Of a stretch of 64,000 nucleotides of DNA, positions 10,883 through 23,485 are shown in pieces (position 1 is the stretch's first letter; every line of letters begins with the position of its first letter). The notes beneath the pieces are model-generated. The model was not told where the DNA came from and made no database searches. It saw only the letters and a list, made by a program, of their open reading frames with translations. A program made the position numbers and the translations under genes. This DNA is from Azolla caroliniana. Its lineage: Eukaryota > Plantae > Polypodiophyta. Where the stretch lies: contig JBHGNT010000010.1 of the NCBI GenBank assembly GCA_043228905.1, positions 9,052,001 to 9,116,000 of the forward strand. Reading direction: 5' to 3'.

Positions 10883-13800
10883 AACGACAGACAAACTGTC
10901 ACACAGCAGGTATTCTTGACAGCAATCGAATGCTACTTGATCTTCCGCATTGACGACATAAGTCCCAACATCTGGTATCAGAGCCTGCACAGTACTCGGT
11001 CCTTAATCCCGCTGTCGGCCGTCGTCTCAGCCTGCACAGCATTCGGTTCCTTGCGTCATTCGAAGAAGAGAGAAGAAGAAGAAAAACCAGGTTTGTATCT
11101 CATCGCGTTAGATCATCTTCGCTTGGAGTAAGCCAGCAGGTTGTACTCTGTTCTCCGTGATCGTAACCGCTCGAGGTGAAATCTCCTTGTGCAACATTGA
11201 CACGATCGTGCTCCATTCGGTTAAACGGCATCCGAAGAGGTCATCAAACGCCGCTCATTGTAACCACTCGGTGCAGATCGGTCTCAAGACAACAACCCCA
11301 ATTCGTGCTTCATCCGGCTGATCGACATTCGAGAGGATCAGTTGGATCCATCTCTCTCGTCGTTGCAGTCACCCGAAGCCGAATCGGTCCAGATAATCGG
11401 TTTCAATAATCGGCATTCGGCATATATATCCGAAGCGAACCGGGCTCACTCCGACTCGGCAACATTCGGGAAGACCAGTCGGTTCTGTCCCTCAAGCTAC
11501 CGGAGTCAATTCGAGCAAGTTCCGAAGCCGAACCGACTCGGGTTCAAATCCGACTAGAACGATATCGGGTGAGCCAACCGGCTGCACTCCAACGAGGTTC
11601 GTAGTCAACTCCGAACCGAGCTTCGTCAACCAAAACCGAATTTGATGGCATCAACATCCGGCTCATCAGAAATGAGTCTACGAAAGTTCGATGGATCGAA
11701 CTTCAACTTCTGGAAGGAACAAATGCAGGACTATCTCATAGTCAAGGGGCAAATCGATCCCATCGAAAATGAAGAACCTCCAGAAGGATACAAACCAATT
11801 GAGTGGCAGAAGCTGGACAGAATTGTCCGCGCCACGATTCGGATGCACCTATCGGAATCGGTATACTTTACGGTGCAATCGTGTACGACAGCATTCGAAC
11901 TGTGGAAAACACTGTCGGACACTTACGAAAAGAAGGTCGCCGCAACGAAGATGTTTCTGATCCGGCGCCTCTACAACTTGCGGATGAAAGAATCCGATTC
12001 GGTTCAAGCACACCTCAATGAGTACGAAAGCATAAGCTCCCAAATCTCGTCACAGGGGACGGCAATCGAGGATGAACTCAGAGCAATGATACTCATGAGC
12101 AGCCTTCCCCCATCATGGGAAACTTTCGTCACAACCGTGTGCAACGCGTCAACCACGGCTGTTAAATACTCCGAAGTCACGAGCGCAATCCTGACCGAAG
12201 CAGCTCGGAGAAAGTCTTTCGCCAAAGACTCAACAGACGATGCTTACGTAGTACAAGGTTCGACAGACCGATCGAACATACGAGGAAGAGATTCCTCACG
12301 GCCGCCGAACAATCAGCGAAGACGGAGCCAGTCACGGGATAACCGAATCTGCAACTATTGCAAGAAACCCGGACACATCAAAGCCGACTGCCGCGCACTC
12401 AAGAACAAGAACAACAAGAAGAGTGGCCGGTATGAGGAGATCAATTACGTCAGCTCCTCAGCTGATGTACTACCGGACGACCCGAATATACTATCAATCG
12501 AAAATCCAGTCGGATCAGAAGTTCTACTCACGACTGAAGAATCGAGCACATGGCTCTTAGATTCGGGCGCGTCATTTCACGTGACTCCTCATCGATCCCA
12601 ATTTCGGCAATATACGATCCGTCACTCCGACTCAGTTCGAGTCGGCAACTCACAACACTGTGACATCATCGGAATCGGCACAGTAGAGCTCAACCTTGCA
12701 GGTGGCTCTACACTTGTACTTCACAATGTCCGACATGTACCCGAGCTCTCAAGGCCATTGATCTCAGTCGGACAACTAGATGAAGACGGCATTCGTGCCG
12801 GCTTTTCTTCGGGAGGGTGGACACTCCACAGGGGGAACCTCCTGCTTGCTAGAGGACCCAAGATACACTCACTGTATCCGTTACATGTTACGCTCAGAGA
12901 GGGTAACCTGTTTTTGGTGGATATTCCTGTGTCATCACTATGGCACCGAAGATTAGGACACCTCAGCAAGGCCGGCATCACGCACCTATCTAGAGCCGGA
13001 TACATCCCCAAACTCTCCTTCTCGGACCATCAATTCTGCGAGCATTGCCAGTATGGCAAACAAGCAGCCGCATCACACCCGACATCAGCACCAAGAGAAA
13101 CGAGACCTCTCGATTTAGTCCATTCGGACGTCTGTGGCCCAATGCCGCATCAGTCTCTAGGCGGTGCATCTTACTTCGTCACTTTTATTGACGATTCGAC
13201 TCGAAAGGTGTGGGCTTATCCAATTCGCACCAAAGATCGGGTCTTCTCGATCTTCACCGATTGGCTCGCTACGGTAGAAAATCAAACCGACCGAAAACTG
13301 AAATGCTTTCGGACAGACAATGGGGGAGAGTTTAAATCCGAAGAATTCGTCAAATTCTGCCGACAACGCGGCATCCGACGTGAATTTACGGCACCACACA
13401 GTCCGGAGCAAAACGGGATTGCCGAACGCATGAATCGGACAATCCAAGAACGGACAGTTTCCATGCTCCAACACTCCGGACTGTCGGATGGCTTCTGGGC
13501 AGAGGCTCTACTCACGGCAGTACACATAATCAATATGTCGCCAAGTAGACCTCTAGGACTTCAAATTCCTCAGGAACTATGGATCGGCAGCAAGCCGAAT
13601 TACGACAAGCTGAGGATCTTCGGATGCGAGGCGTACGCCCTTATTCCGAAAGATGATCGCCGAAAACTTGCACCTCGGTCCAGGAAATGCATTTTCCTCG
13701 GATATGGATCCGACGGCGAAATGGGATACCGACTCTGGGATCCCGAACGCAGACAAATCGTCCGAAGTTCGGACGTTGTGTTCAACGAGTCGGCTATGAA

Positions 13801-16140
13801 TCCATCAGTCGAAAAACCGATCGAAGTCCGAAGGGTAACATTTTCCGATGTGCCGACCCTTCAAGAAGGCCCCGCTCTTAACACACGGTCAGCTTCACGG
13901 GTAGCTGAACCTTACACTACCGACTCGGACAACCCCGACTCGGCACAGCAGAACAATCCGCTTTCGGACCATCCGACCTTGATACCCGATGCGACCAGTC
14001 CAATCTTACCTCGACGATCCGAGAGACTGTCGCAACCTCCGGAGAGGTATTCTCCTGCAATTTTCTTCACCGACGCCGGCGAACCGACGTCTTACGAAGA
14101 AGCATCGACTTCTATCGATTCAGCCACCTGGCATCTGGCGATGGAGTCGGAAATGCACTCCATTCGGGCAAACAAGACTTGGGATCTGGTAGAATTACCT
14201 AGGAACCGACGTGCTCTTCCTTGCAAGTGGGTTTATCGACTAAAAGAGACGTCTGATTCGACCACCCCAAAGTACAAGGCCAGATTAGTCGCGAAGGGCT
14301 TCCGACAGGAATATGGCGTCGACTTCGACGAGATTTTTTCACCAGTGGTGAAAATGACAACCCTTCGTTTTCTACTCGGCGTAGTGGCAGCCGACAACTT
14401 GGAGCTGATTCAGCTAGATGTCAAAACAACATTCCTCCATGGTGATCTTGAAGAGGAAATTTATATGGAGCAGCCAAAAGGCTTCGTGACAACTGGCCAA
14501 GAACATCTAGTCTGCCGACTCAGGAAGAGTCTATACGGCCTCAAACAGGCACCGCGACAATGGTACAAGAAGTTCGACGACTTCATCCAATCGATCGGCT
14601 TCTCAAAAAGCGATGAGGACCATTGTCTCTTTACCAACACAGCTCAAGATGGATCACCCATCTTCCTCATCATTTACGTGGACGACATGCTAATTTCTGG
14701 ACGCCACGCGGGCGAACTTGCCGATCTCATTCGGCAACTGCGGTTGAAGTTTGCCATGAAGGACCTCGGTCCGGCACGACACATCCTTGGCATGAAGATT
14801 AGTCGGCATCGCGATAAACGACATCTTTTTTTGTCCCAGACCGACTATATCCGACGTGTCTTAGAACGCTTCAACATGCAATCAGCCAAATCTGCTTCAA
14901 CCCCGCTCCCCATGAATCTTCGGCTCTCTCAGCGAGACTGCCCGACATCCGGTCCGGAGGGGGAAGATATGAAGTCGGTACCATATGCACCGGCAGTCGG
15001 CTCCCTTATGTACCTGATGGTCGCGACACGGCCTGATATTTCTCACGCCGTAGGAGTCGTCAGCAGATTTATGCACAACCCTGGCCGATCGCATTGGAAC
15101 GCAGTCAAGCATGTGTTCAGATATCTGGCTGGCACAAAAGACCACGACATTCTTTTCGGTCCGAACCGAACCTCAGGCGTAGTCGGTTACACCGACTCGG
15201 ACTTCGCCGGCTGTATAGACAGTCGGAAATCAACAACCGGATACTGCTTCAAATTCGGCAATGGAGCAATCTCGTGGAAGTCGAAACTTCAGGAGTGCAC
15301 AGCGACCTCAACGACCGAAGCAGAATATGTAGCTGCGTCCGACGCAGCAAAAGAAGCTTTGTGGCTCGGTCGGCTGGCGCACACGTTTCGACAAGTCGAC
15401 CATGACTCGGCTCCAGTTGTCTACAGCGACAGTCAAGGTGCTGTTGCCTTGTCGAAAAATCCGGTTCACCACAACGCCTCCAAACATATCGACGTTCGAT
15501 ATCACTTCGTTCGGGACTGCGTCATTTCAGGGAAAATCGGTCTAGAGAAAATATCCACAACCGACAATGTCGCAGATGGAATGACCAAGTGTCTTTCGAC
15601 AGACCGTTTTCGGTCTCTTCGGCATCAGATGGGCGTAACGACAAACCAGTCCGGTTAGAGCCGGACACAGAGCAGGATGGTTCCCGACAACCGACATCAG
15701 TTCCTTAATGATCGGCTTCAACTGTTCCGACCCGACCAGTTCGGTCTTCTGCCTTCGGACCCTGCCGACCCGAACAAAGCTGTTATGTCCGAGAACCTAA
15801 GTCTATACCTGTAATCCTAGATAACCCATGTATACGCCCATTACGGGGGAGTGTCGAATACATGTGTATAATGTACGTATTCATACTATCCCGTTTTGGC
15901 CATTTATGTAATTAGCATAAAGGGTAGTTGCCCTAAGTCGGTCACTATATATAGTGACCTTGTAACCTTTTTGTAAGGTTGGATGTTGTATTATTGCTTT
16001 ATGAAATAAGAACTTCTTTTGTGCCTCTCTCTCTCTCTCTCTCTCTCTGTGCAACGACAGACAAACTGTCACACAGCAGGTATTCTTGACAGCAATCGAA
16101 TGCTACTTGATCTTCCGCATTGACGACATAATTCCCAACA
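10678..16140 (+). mobile_element. Intact Ty1/Copia element D: LTRs 10678-10970 and 15852-16140, Met PBS 10973-10984, PPT ending at 15851
   Basis: TSD CTGCC at 10673-10677 and 16141-16145. The LTRs differ by a (CT)n length change and about one substitution. Confidence 0.96.
11645..15658 (+). CDS. Copia gag-pol polyprotein of element D (uninterrupted, 1337 aa from ATG)
   Basis: Motifs in Copia order: CNYCKKPGHIKADC, LLDSGAS, VHSDVCG/RTDNGGEF, IYVDD and TEAEY. Confidence 0.95.
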   Translation: MASTSGSSEMSLRKFDGSNFNFWKEQMQDYLIVKGQIDPIENEEPPEGYKPIEWQKLDRIVRATIRMHLSESVYFTVQSCTTAFELWKTLSDTYEKKVAATKMFLIRRLYNLRMKESDSVQAHLNEYESISSQISSQGTAIEDELRAMILMSSLPPSWETFVTTVCNASTTAVKYSEVTSAILTEAARRKSFAKDSTDDAYVVQGSTDRSNIRGRDSSRPPNNQRRRSQSRDNRICNYCKKPGHIKADCRALKNKNNKKSGRYEEINYVSSSADVLPDDPNILSIENPVGSEVLLTTEESSTWLLDSGASFHVTPHRSQFRQYTIRHSDSVRVGNSQHCDIIGIGTVELNLAGGSTLVLHNVRHVPELSRPLISVGQLDEDGIRAGFSSGGWTLHRGNLLLARGPKIHSLYPLHVTLREGNLFLVDIPVSSLWHRRLGHLSKAGITHLSRAGYIPKLSFSDHQFCEHCQYGKQAAASHPTSAPRETRPLDLVHSDVCGPMPHQSLGGASYFVTFIDDSTRKVWAYPIRTKDRVFSIFTDWLATVENQTDRKLKCFRTDNGGEFKSEEFVKFCRQRGIRREFTAPHSPEQNGIAERMNRTIQERTVSMLQHSGLSDGFWAEALLTAVHIINMSPSRPLGLQIPQELWIGSKPNYDKLRIFGCEAYALIPKDDRRKLAPRSRKCIFLGYGSDGEMGYRLWDPERRQIVRSSDVVFNESAMNPSVEKPIEVRRVTFSDVPTLQEGPALNTRSASRVAEPYTTDSDNPDSAQQNNPLSDHPTLIPDATSPILPRRSERLSQPPERYSPAIFFTDAGEPTSYEEASTSIDSATWHLAMESEMHSIRANKTWDLVELPRNRRALPCKWVYRLKETSDSTTPKYKARLVAKGFRQEYGVDFDEIFSPVVKMTTLRFLLGVVAADNLELIQLDVKTTFLHGDLEEEIYMEQPKGFVTTGQEHLVCRLRKSLYGLKQAPRQWYKKFDDFIQSIGFSKSDEDHCLFTNTAQDGSPIFLIIYVDDMLISGRHAGELADLIRQLRLKFAMKDLGPARHILGMKISRHRDKRHLFLSQTDYIRRVLERFNMQSAKSASTPLPMNLRLSQRDCPTSGPEGEDMKSVPYAPAVGSLMYLMVATRPDISHAVGVVSRFMHNPGRSHWNAVKHVFRYLAGTKDHDILFGPNRTSGVVGYTDSDFAGCIDSRKSTTGYCFKFGNGAISWKSKLQECTATSTTEAEYVAASDAAKEALWLGRLAHTFRQVDHDSAPVVYSDSQGAVALSKNPVHHNASKHIDVRYHFVRDCVISGKIGLEKISTTDNVADGMTKCLSTDRFRSLRHQMGVTTNQSG

Positions 16141-18062
16141 CTGCCCTCGCCGATCCGGACCTCTCCGGTCCGTGGCTCCCCGGTATGCACCGTTTCTCTC
16201 CGGTGACTTCTTCGAATCGGTGTCGTCGGCTCCGTTGTCCTTTCGGTAATGCCGACAATTCTTCCGGAAGTGCCCCGGCTTCCCACAGTGGAAGCATGTG
16301 GGTCTTCCTCTTGACTGCGACCGAGTCCCCGACTTCTCCCGTCTTTGCGGACTCCGGTTCAATTGTCTTCCCCGTTCCGATTCGGTAAGCAGCGCCTTCG
16401 AGTCGGAGGCCGGTTCTTTATCTCTCCGACGCGCTTCTTCGTTCAAAATACTTGTCTTTACCGTTTGTAGGGACAAGTTATCTTCCGTGCAGGAGGTGCT
16501 GAGAGTCACCACCAAGTTCTCCCAGCTTTCCGGCAATGTACACATCAGAATGATGGCTTGCATTGCATCCTCCAGCGGGAACTTGATCGCCGCAAGCTGG
16601 TTCACGAATCCCATGAACGTGCTTACGTGTTCCACCATACTCTCGCCGTCCCGGTACTTGAGGTTCACTATCTTCCTCATCAGGGAGGTCCGGTTCAACG
16701 CATTCTTCCTCTCGTAGAGGCCCGACAGCTTCCGCCACATCTCATATGCGTTGATGTCGTTCGCCACATGTTGTAGAACGCTCACGTCGACGTATTGCCG
16801 AATGGTTGCAACGGCTTTCCGGTTCAGAAGCCTCCATTCCGACTCAAGTACCCCCTTCGGTATTTCCGACCTGTCAATCGGTTCGTACAGGTCCCGAACA
16901 ATCAGAAGATCCTCCATCTTGATCTTCCAATCGGCGTAATTCTGCGCATTCAGCACCATCATCCCCGGCTGCCCGCTGCCGCCGCCTTCCATTTTCTGCA
17001 GCAGCCCGCTCTGATACCAAATTGATGGAAAATATCGACACTTTCCAAACTCCACTTCTCGGCCACAACCAAGGAAACACACGAATCGTTGTTGCAGAAA
17101 ATGGGAAATGCAAAAGTAAATGAGTGGACACACGATTTAACGTGGAAAACCCTGTACGGGAAAAACCACGGGAGTACAAGACTCCGAACCAAAGCTATGC
17201 ACAGAGAAATATACAATGGCGAGCTGCAAGGCGACGACCTTGAGCTCGCTGTCCTCGCCACAGGCGGCGGAATTACACAGAGGCGTCGACCTCTTCCTCT
17301 CTCTCGTTCTATCTCTCTCACGGCTGCTCTCTCACTCTCTCTCACGACTGCTCTCTCTCTCTTCACTCTTCTTGAGTGGAAAAACAGAAAAATGAGTAGC
17401 AACATAAAAACTGTTTGCCCTAAGTCATATTTATACACATATGACTTTAGGGCTATTTACAATTATAGCCTCAAGGGCCCTTGGCAAACATATTCACAGA
17501 TATGTCCCCGCATCCGGATCTCTCTCCGGGTACATTCGTCATCCGGCTCCGAAGCCGGGGTCTTCATCATCCGGTTCCGAAACCGCAACCGGGCTTGTCG
17601 TCATTCATCTCCGACATCCGACCATCCCATCCGAAAGGGACCGTAAACCCAACAGCGAATGAGGCGAGTTGGTGCGCAATGGAGGCAGCCGACGGGACCA
17701 AGGAAGAAGGCACCGAAGTGATGCCAACAATAATTCCGGACCCTCCGGAAACATGGGGAGTCGAGGCGATGAGAACCGGCAAGGGAAATCCGCTGCAGAA
17801 TGCTGGTATTGTGGCAAGAAAGGCCACAGGGAGAGTGAGTGCTGGAAAAAGTGTGCCGATTCGGAGAGAACCGGGTCCGGATCAAGTTCCGGACAGACCG
17901 ACAAAGGAAATTGACAACGATTGCACTACGCCGAAGGATCCCGAAAAGTCGGAAAAGGATTAGCCTTCGTGACAAGACACGAAGCAAACTCGATGAAGAA
18001 GATCACCCCGAAGTCGGACGAGGTGTGGTACGTTGACTCCAGCACGTCAAACCACATGACGT

Positions 18063-18761
18063 TGTCGCGTTGTTACGCGCGTGCGTGGAGAAGGGCGGGA
18101 CCACGGGGGTCTTGGACTAAGGAGAAGGGGAGAAGGAATAGGACTTCGGAATGGAGCTTAACACAAGAAGAGAAAGAATGAACAAGAGGAAGATGGAGGC
18201 CAAATGCTCAACAAGATATATTAGAACCGAAAACCGATTACAAAATGGCGGCCGCGTAGGCCGCACCAAACGACTAAGATAAACCCGAAACCCTAATCCG
18301 ACGAAGAAGAAAAGAAACCCTAACTAAGGAACCCTAAACGAAACCCTAACCCTAAAACGAAATGGTATACCTCACTCACACTCAAAAATAAGGCAACCCC
18401 CACAATGGCGCTCTTCCTCTCCCTTTATAGCACAAGGAGGGAAGACCGTTACATAAAAGGGTGCTACAAAATATCCCCTTTCAATCAATGGGGATATTTC
18501 CCTTGATTTTAGGGGAGGTGGGAAGGATGGGTCTTAACTCCCACCTCTACACGAACTACTATGTACCTATCTCTCTCTCTCACGTGGATGTGCGCGCAAA
18601 AGCACATCACCTCTACACTTTACAATCCTAAGGTGCATTTCTAGCACCATACTTATCACTATCGATAAATAGAAATACAACATGGTGATGTGCAACGTTG
18701 CACATCGCGGGTTTGCTTGCTTCGCTCGGTTTTCCGCCTATGGACGAAAATCTTCACGACA
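18063..18761 (-). mobile_element. Solo LTR of a Gypsy C-related family inserted in the protease region of B
   Basis: Termini TGTCG...CTTCACGACA and the motif GGACCACGGGGGTCTT are shared with the C LTRs. There is a 4-bp TSD ACGT at 18059-18062 and 18762-18765, and the B reading frame (NHMT/CHKEW) rejoins across it. Confidence 0.88.
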
Positions 18762-21700
18762 ACGTGCCACAAGGAGTGGTTCTCGTACCTGGAAAAACCG
18801 ATGCAACCAGGAGTAGTTGCAACCGGAGACGACACTCCGCATCCGATCGCGAATGTTGGTGAAGTTCCCCTTAGCCATGTCGGGCAAAAAGGGAAACTCA
18901 TGAACGTGTAACACGTTCCAACAATCACGAGAACCTGGTGTCGGTCGGACAGATCGTCGACCAGGGGATGCAGGTTCGGTTTACGCATCTCAGGTGCTTC
19001 ATCGAGGAAGAAGGCTGAGTTATTGCGCAAGGGCATAGAGATGGGAGGATGTTTATCCTCGACTCTAGTGACGGTGGCACCGCAATGTTCACAAAGGGAC
19101 AAAAAATCAAGTTGGATATCGACTTGTGGCACAAGCGGATAGGCCACGTCAACTATCAACGGCTTCAAGACCTGCAATCGAAACAAGTGGTGTTCGGATT
19201 GCCCAAATTTAGTGGCCGGAGGGCACAAATTTGTGAAGCCTGCTAGTTAGGGAAGCAACACCGACTTCCTTTCCCAAACGAGTGTAACCGGAGTCGGAAA
19301 AAGCTCGACTTGATACATTCCGATGTATGGGGACCAACACAAAACGTTAGTCTTGGCGGGAGCCGATATTTTGTCTCCTTCATCGAAGACTATACGCGGC
19401 ACACGTGGATCTACCACATCGAGAAGAAGAGTGAAGTCTTCGACTGTTTCCGGGACCTCAAAGGGTTCGTGGAAATGGAAACATGAAGAAAGGTCAAATG
19501 CTTGCAGTCGAATGGCGGAAAAGAGTACTTTTCCGGTCAATTCAACGACTATCTGCAACAGATGGGAATTCGGCACAAATTTAGTTGTAGATACATGCCG
19601 GAGCAAAACGGCGTGGCCGAGAGGAAGAACCGGTCAATTGTAGAAGTGGCACGGGCAATGCTGGAGGAGAAGAGCTTGCCCAAGTTCTACTGGGCCGAAG
19701 CAGTTCGGACCGCGGTTTACATCCAGAACCGGATCGGAGAAAAAGTGTCGGCGCATGAGCTATACTTCGGAACGAAGCCGAATTTGCGACACTTAAGAGT
19801 TTTCGGTAGCATTGCATATGTGCATGTACCGAAGGAGAAGCGGAGGAAGCTGGATGCAAAAGCCGAGAAGTGTATCTTGGTCGGCTATTCAGACGAGCAG
19901 AAGGGTTATAAGTGTTATAACCCTCGCACCAAACAAGCGCGTGTGAGCCGCGACGTTGTATTTGACAAGTCCGCGTCCTGGTACCTGCCTCTGACTCCAG
20001 ACCTCACCTCCAATCCGAGTTTTGACGATGAGGTCAGCGAGGCCGAGATGCCTCCGGATGAGCCTGAAATTGGGACCCGCAAAGAGATTCAAATTTCGTT
20101 TCGATTAAGCAGACCAAATGGACAACTGAGTCGGTTCGACCAGTTTGATGAAGAGCCGCCACTACATTCCCCGCACAAGAAGCCGAGGAGACGACTTACG
20201 TGCAAGGAAAAAGGGAAGAAGAAGGTGTCGAATTACGACCACGGATAGGAACGAGTCGGATCGACGTGAGTCCGACTCTGAGGGAAGTGATGACGGGTCT
20301 CCTCAACATCGGCTAATGAACAATTACGCCGATCTACCCGCTAGAAGAACCCTGTTGTGTGGTTCGGATACAACGAGTACATGGCGCATTACTATGTGTA
20401 CATGATCCATGTAGCGGAAGTGCGTGAGCCGGAGAGCTACGTAGAAGCGGCGAAGGACGTGAATTGGCATGCTGCAATGGAGGAAGAGATGCACACATTG
20501 GCGGAGAATGAAACCTGGGACCTAGTTGACGCACCGAAAGGTGTGAAGTCGATCGGATGTAGGTGGGTGTACAAGGTCAAGTACAACACTGACGGCTCAG
20601 TCAACCGATACAAGGCCCAATTAGTAGCGAAAGGCTACGCGTAGCAACACAACATCGACTACGATGAGACGTTTGCACCGGTCGCGAAGATGACGATCGT
20701 CCGTGTTTTGCTCACGGTAGCTGTGGCAAAGGGGTGGCACTTACATCAGATGGATGTAAAGAATGTGTTCCTGCAAGGTGAGCTTGAGGAACAGGTATAC
20801 ATGGTATAGCCCCCCGGATTTCACTTCGGACCGAACACCTCAGCGGTGTGCCGGTTGAAGAAGTCCCTTTACGGACTAAAGCAAGCCCCGCGTGCCTGGA
20901 ATGCGAAAATCACGCATCGTTTGCGTCGGATGGGTTTGGCGACGTCCAAATCGGACCCCTCAATGTTCATCCGGAAAGGTCGATTCGGGCCAGTTAGCAT
21001 TTTACTTTATGTTGATGACTTGGTCATCACCGGCGCCGATCTAGGTGAGATTGACCGCATGAAGCTCCAGCTTGCGACATCATTTGACATGAAGGACCTG
21101 GGGGACCTTCATTACTTCCTCGGGATCGAAGTGATCCGCACCCCCGAAGGCATACTGATCAGCCAACGGCATTATGTGCTGAGTATGCTCTTCAAATTCG
21201 GGATGGCCGACGGTAAGTCTATCTCGACTCCTCTGGATAGAACCGGCAAGCTTCGCCCCGATTCTGGAAAGGTATGTGACCCGACGAGGTTCCGCCAGAT
21301 CGTCGGAAGCCTTATATACTTGACCATCACCCGACCAGATCTCAGCTACCCGGTCAAGGTGATTAGTCAGTTCATGGCGCGACATACCTAGGAGTACCTT
21401 ACGTGCGCAACGCGTACTACGGTACATAATTGGCACTAAGGACCGGGGGCTACTATACCGGACCGGTACAGCCCCGCAGTTGGTCGGCTACACCGATGCC
21501 AATTGGGCCGGCAACGTCGCTGATCGCCAATCGTCGATCCACGTCCGGTTTCATGCTCTCTCTTGGGAGTGCCATGATTGCGTGGAGTAGCAAGAAGTAG
21601 CCAACAGTTGCGTTGTCGAGCACCGAAGCCGAGTATAGAGGAGCGACTGTCACGACATGCGAAGCCATATGGTTGAAGCGGCTACTTAAGGATTTGCAAG

Positions 21701-23485
21701 TGGTGGTATCCGATCCAACGACAATCTACTGCGACAACCTTAGCAGCATCCAGCTAGCAAAGAACCTCGTCTTCCACACTCGGACTAAGCACATTGAGGT
21801 GCACTACCATTTCGTCCGTGAGCGTGTCCTCTCCGGTGAAGTCAAACTTCAGTATGTTCTGACGGATCGGCAGACCGCTGACATCTTCACCAAGCCTCTT
21901 GGTTTGGACAAGTTGTGGCAATTCTCGGGTGCGCTTGGGTTGCGTCACCTCGACGTGCCGGACTTGAGGGGGAGAGACCATGGAAGGGGGAGAGAAGTTC
22001 CAGAAAACCGCGATGCCAAGTTGGATGACGAATTCGATTTCGGATTGGCTGAAGAAGCCGAGGGCAGATCCACGGAAGATTCCGAAAGTGGACATAAGGG
22101 GGGTAGTCAAAAGAAAGAGCCAAAGCCAACCAAGCGTGGGGGAGATGAAGCCATCAAGGGTGGGAAGACCGAAGATGAGTTGGAGACAGCCAACTCGGAC
22201 GAGAGCGAAAACCGATCAGAGGAAGCCGAGTCGGTTCAGATGTTTGATTCGGATACTCTGAATCAACCAAGGGCCAAGCGGAAGAGAAGGCAGCAGAAGA
22301 GGCGCCAACACCGCAACAACAATGAAGCTAAGAAGGGCCGTGTGAGCAGACAAGCCCACCGGAAGGGTCGAAGCGCGCGGAATCGAACAGGTCGAGGGGC
22401 GCGAGCAAGGTGTGAAGCTAGAAGCAATCGGAGCGTAGATCCGGAAGAGCAAATAGAACCTCAAGTTGAGCTTAAGGGGGAGTGTTGAGATACAAGCTCA
22501 ACATTGGCCGGATTGGCTGTGCAAGCCAAGAACCGAATCGGTTGGGATCGATTGGTTAGGCCGGACTGATGCGTAAACCAGTGCGCAACGAGAAGCCATA
22601 GTGATGCGTAAACCGCGAGGCCGTTGGAAAGATATTCCGAGTAGGAATATATTTTGGGAGTTAGTGTAGAGCTCACTTATGAGCATTGAAGTACGTTGTC
22701 GGGGTTGCTACGCCCTTGCGTGTAGAAAGGAGGAGGGACCACGGGGGTCTTGAACCGAAGAACAAGAGAGAGAGAGATAAGAGAGAGAGACCCCGATTAC
22801 ACAGAACCGAAGTTCCGATTGCGCAGAACCGACGATTACACAGGGACACGGCCCAACAAACAGAGAACACAAATAAACGCCGACGCAGATGGACGCAACA
22901 ACGAAAGATATGTACTTATGAATGCAAGAAAATAACAGACTAAAGTACTACAACCCTCAGTGGGGCACGAAATAGATACTAACGAAAACGAACAGGGCGG
23001 CGAACAGATGCCGACCCCTGTATGTCGCGACGCACAGAAAGGGGAAACAGGTCGGAGGTGCTGCAGGACGCACTCGGGCGTTCCACGGAACAGCGCAAGC
23101 CTCCTCGAAACCTGCACAGGTACGCGATGGAGCAGAAGACAGAGAGAGCAGGAGTGAGAGAGAGGCTCCGAAATCGGTTCGGCAGCACTTCGTCCTCTCC
23201 GCGGGAGATGTCCGACTTCTATTCTTCCTCTTCCTTTTATAGCCCGTCAAGAGGCCGTTTGGCATTAACTGCATACCAACCGAATCTGCCCACCTAGGAT
23301 CCTCGTATGTACCTACTTCGTCCTTAGGTACTTCTTGGCGCGCGTGTGTGTGTAGAGCCGTTTCCCACGCCTTGTTCCTCCGATTCCTCTTGTGGGCGGT
23401 TTTCTTCACGACATCCGCCCCCACCTAACCGCGCATCCGCCGGCATGCGCCAAATTGAGTTGGCACGGAGAAAACCGGCCCGCCT

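Larger units (their letters stand above)
3902..16992 (-). pseudogene. Element A gag-pol polyprotein in three segments (16992-16141, 10672-9616, 6066-3902); 1357 aa once the insertions are removed
   Basis: Segments join in frame (RRGQ|DRKG and AMST|ATYVINRSP). Motifs CFHCGKPGHFRKNC, VVDSGAS, RADNGGEY, LYVDD and TEAEY are present. Confidence 0.9.
3260..17654 (-). mobile_element. Ty1/Copia element A: LTRs 3260-3891 and 17023-17654 (632 bp), Met PBS 17008-17019, PPT next to 3892; interrupted by E and D
   Basis: TSD GCGAA at 3255-3259 and 17655-17659. The LTRs are near-identical. Domain order is gag-PR-INT-RT-RH. Confidence 0.95.

Noticed and set aside
2615-21975. Stop codons in B as programmed readthrough or RNA-editing sites
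   Set aside because: They are scattered CAG>TAG, CGA>TGA and TGG>TAG changes with frameshifts, typical of methylcytosine deamination in a dead element.
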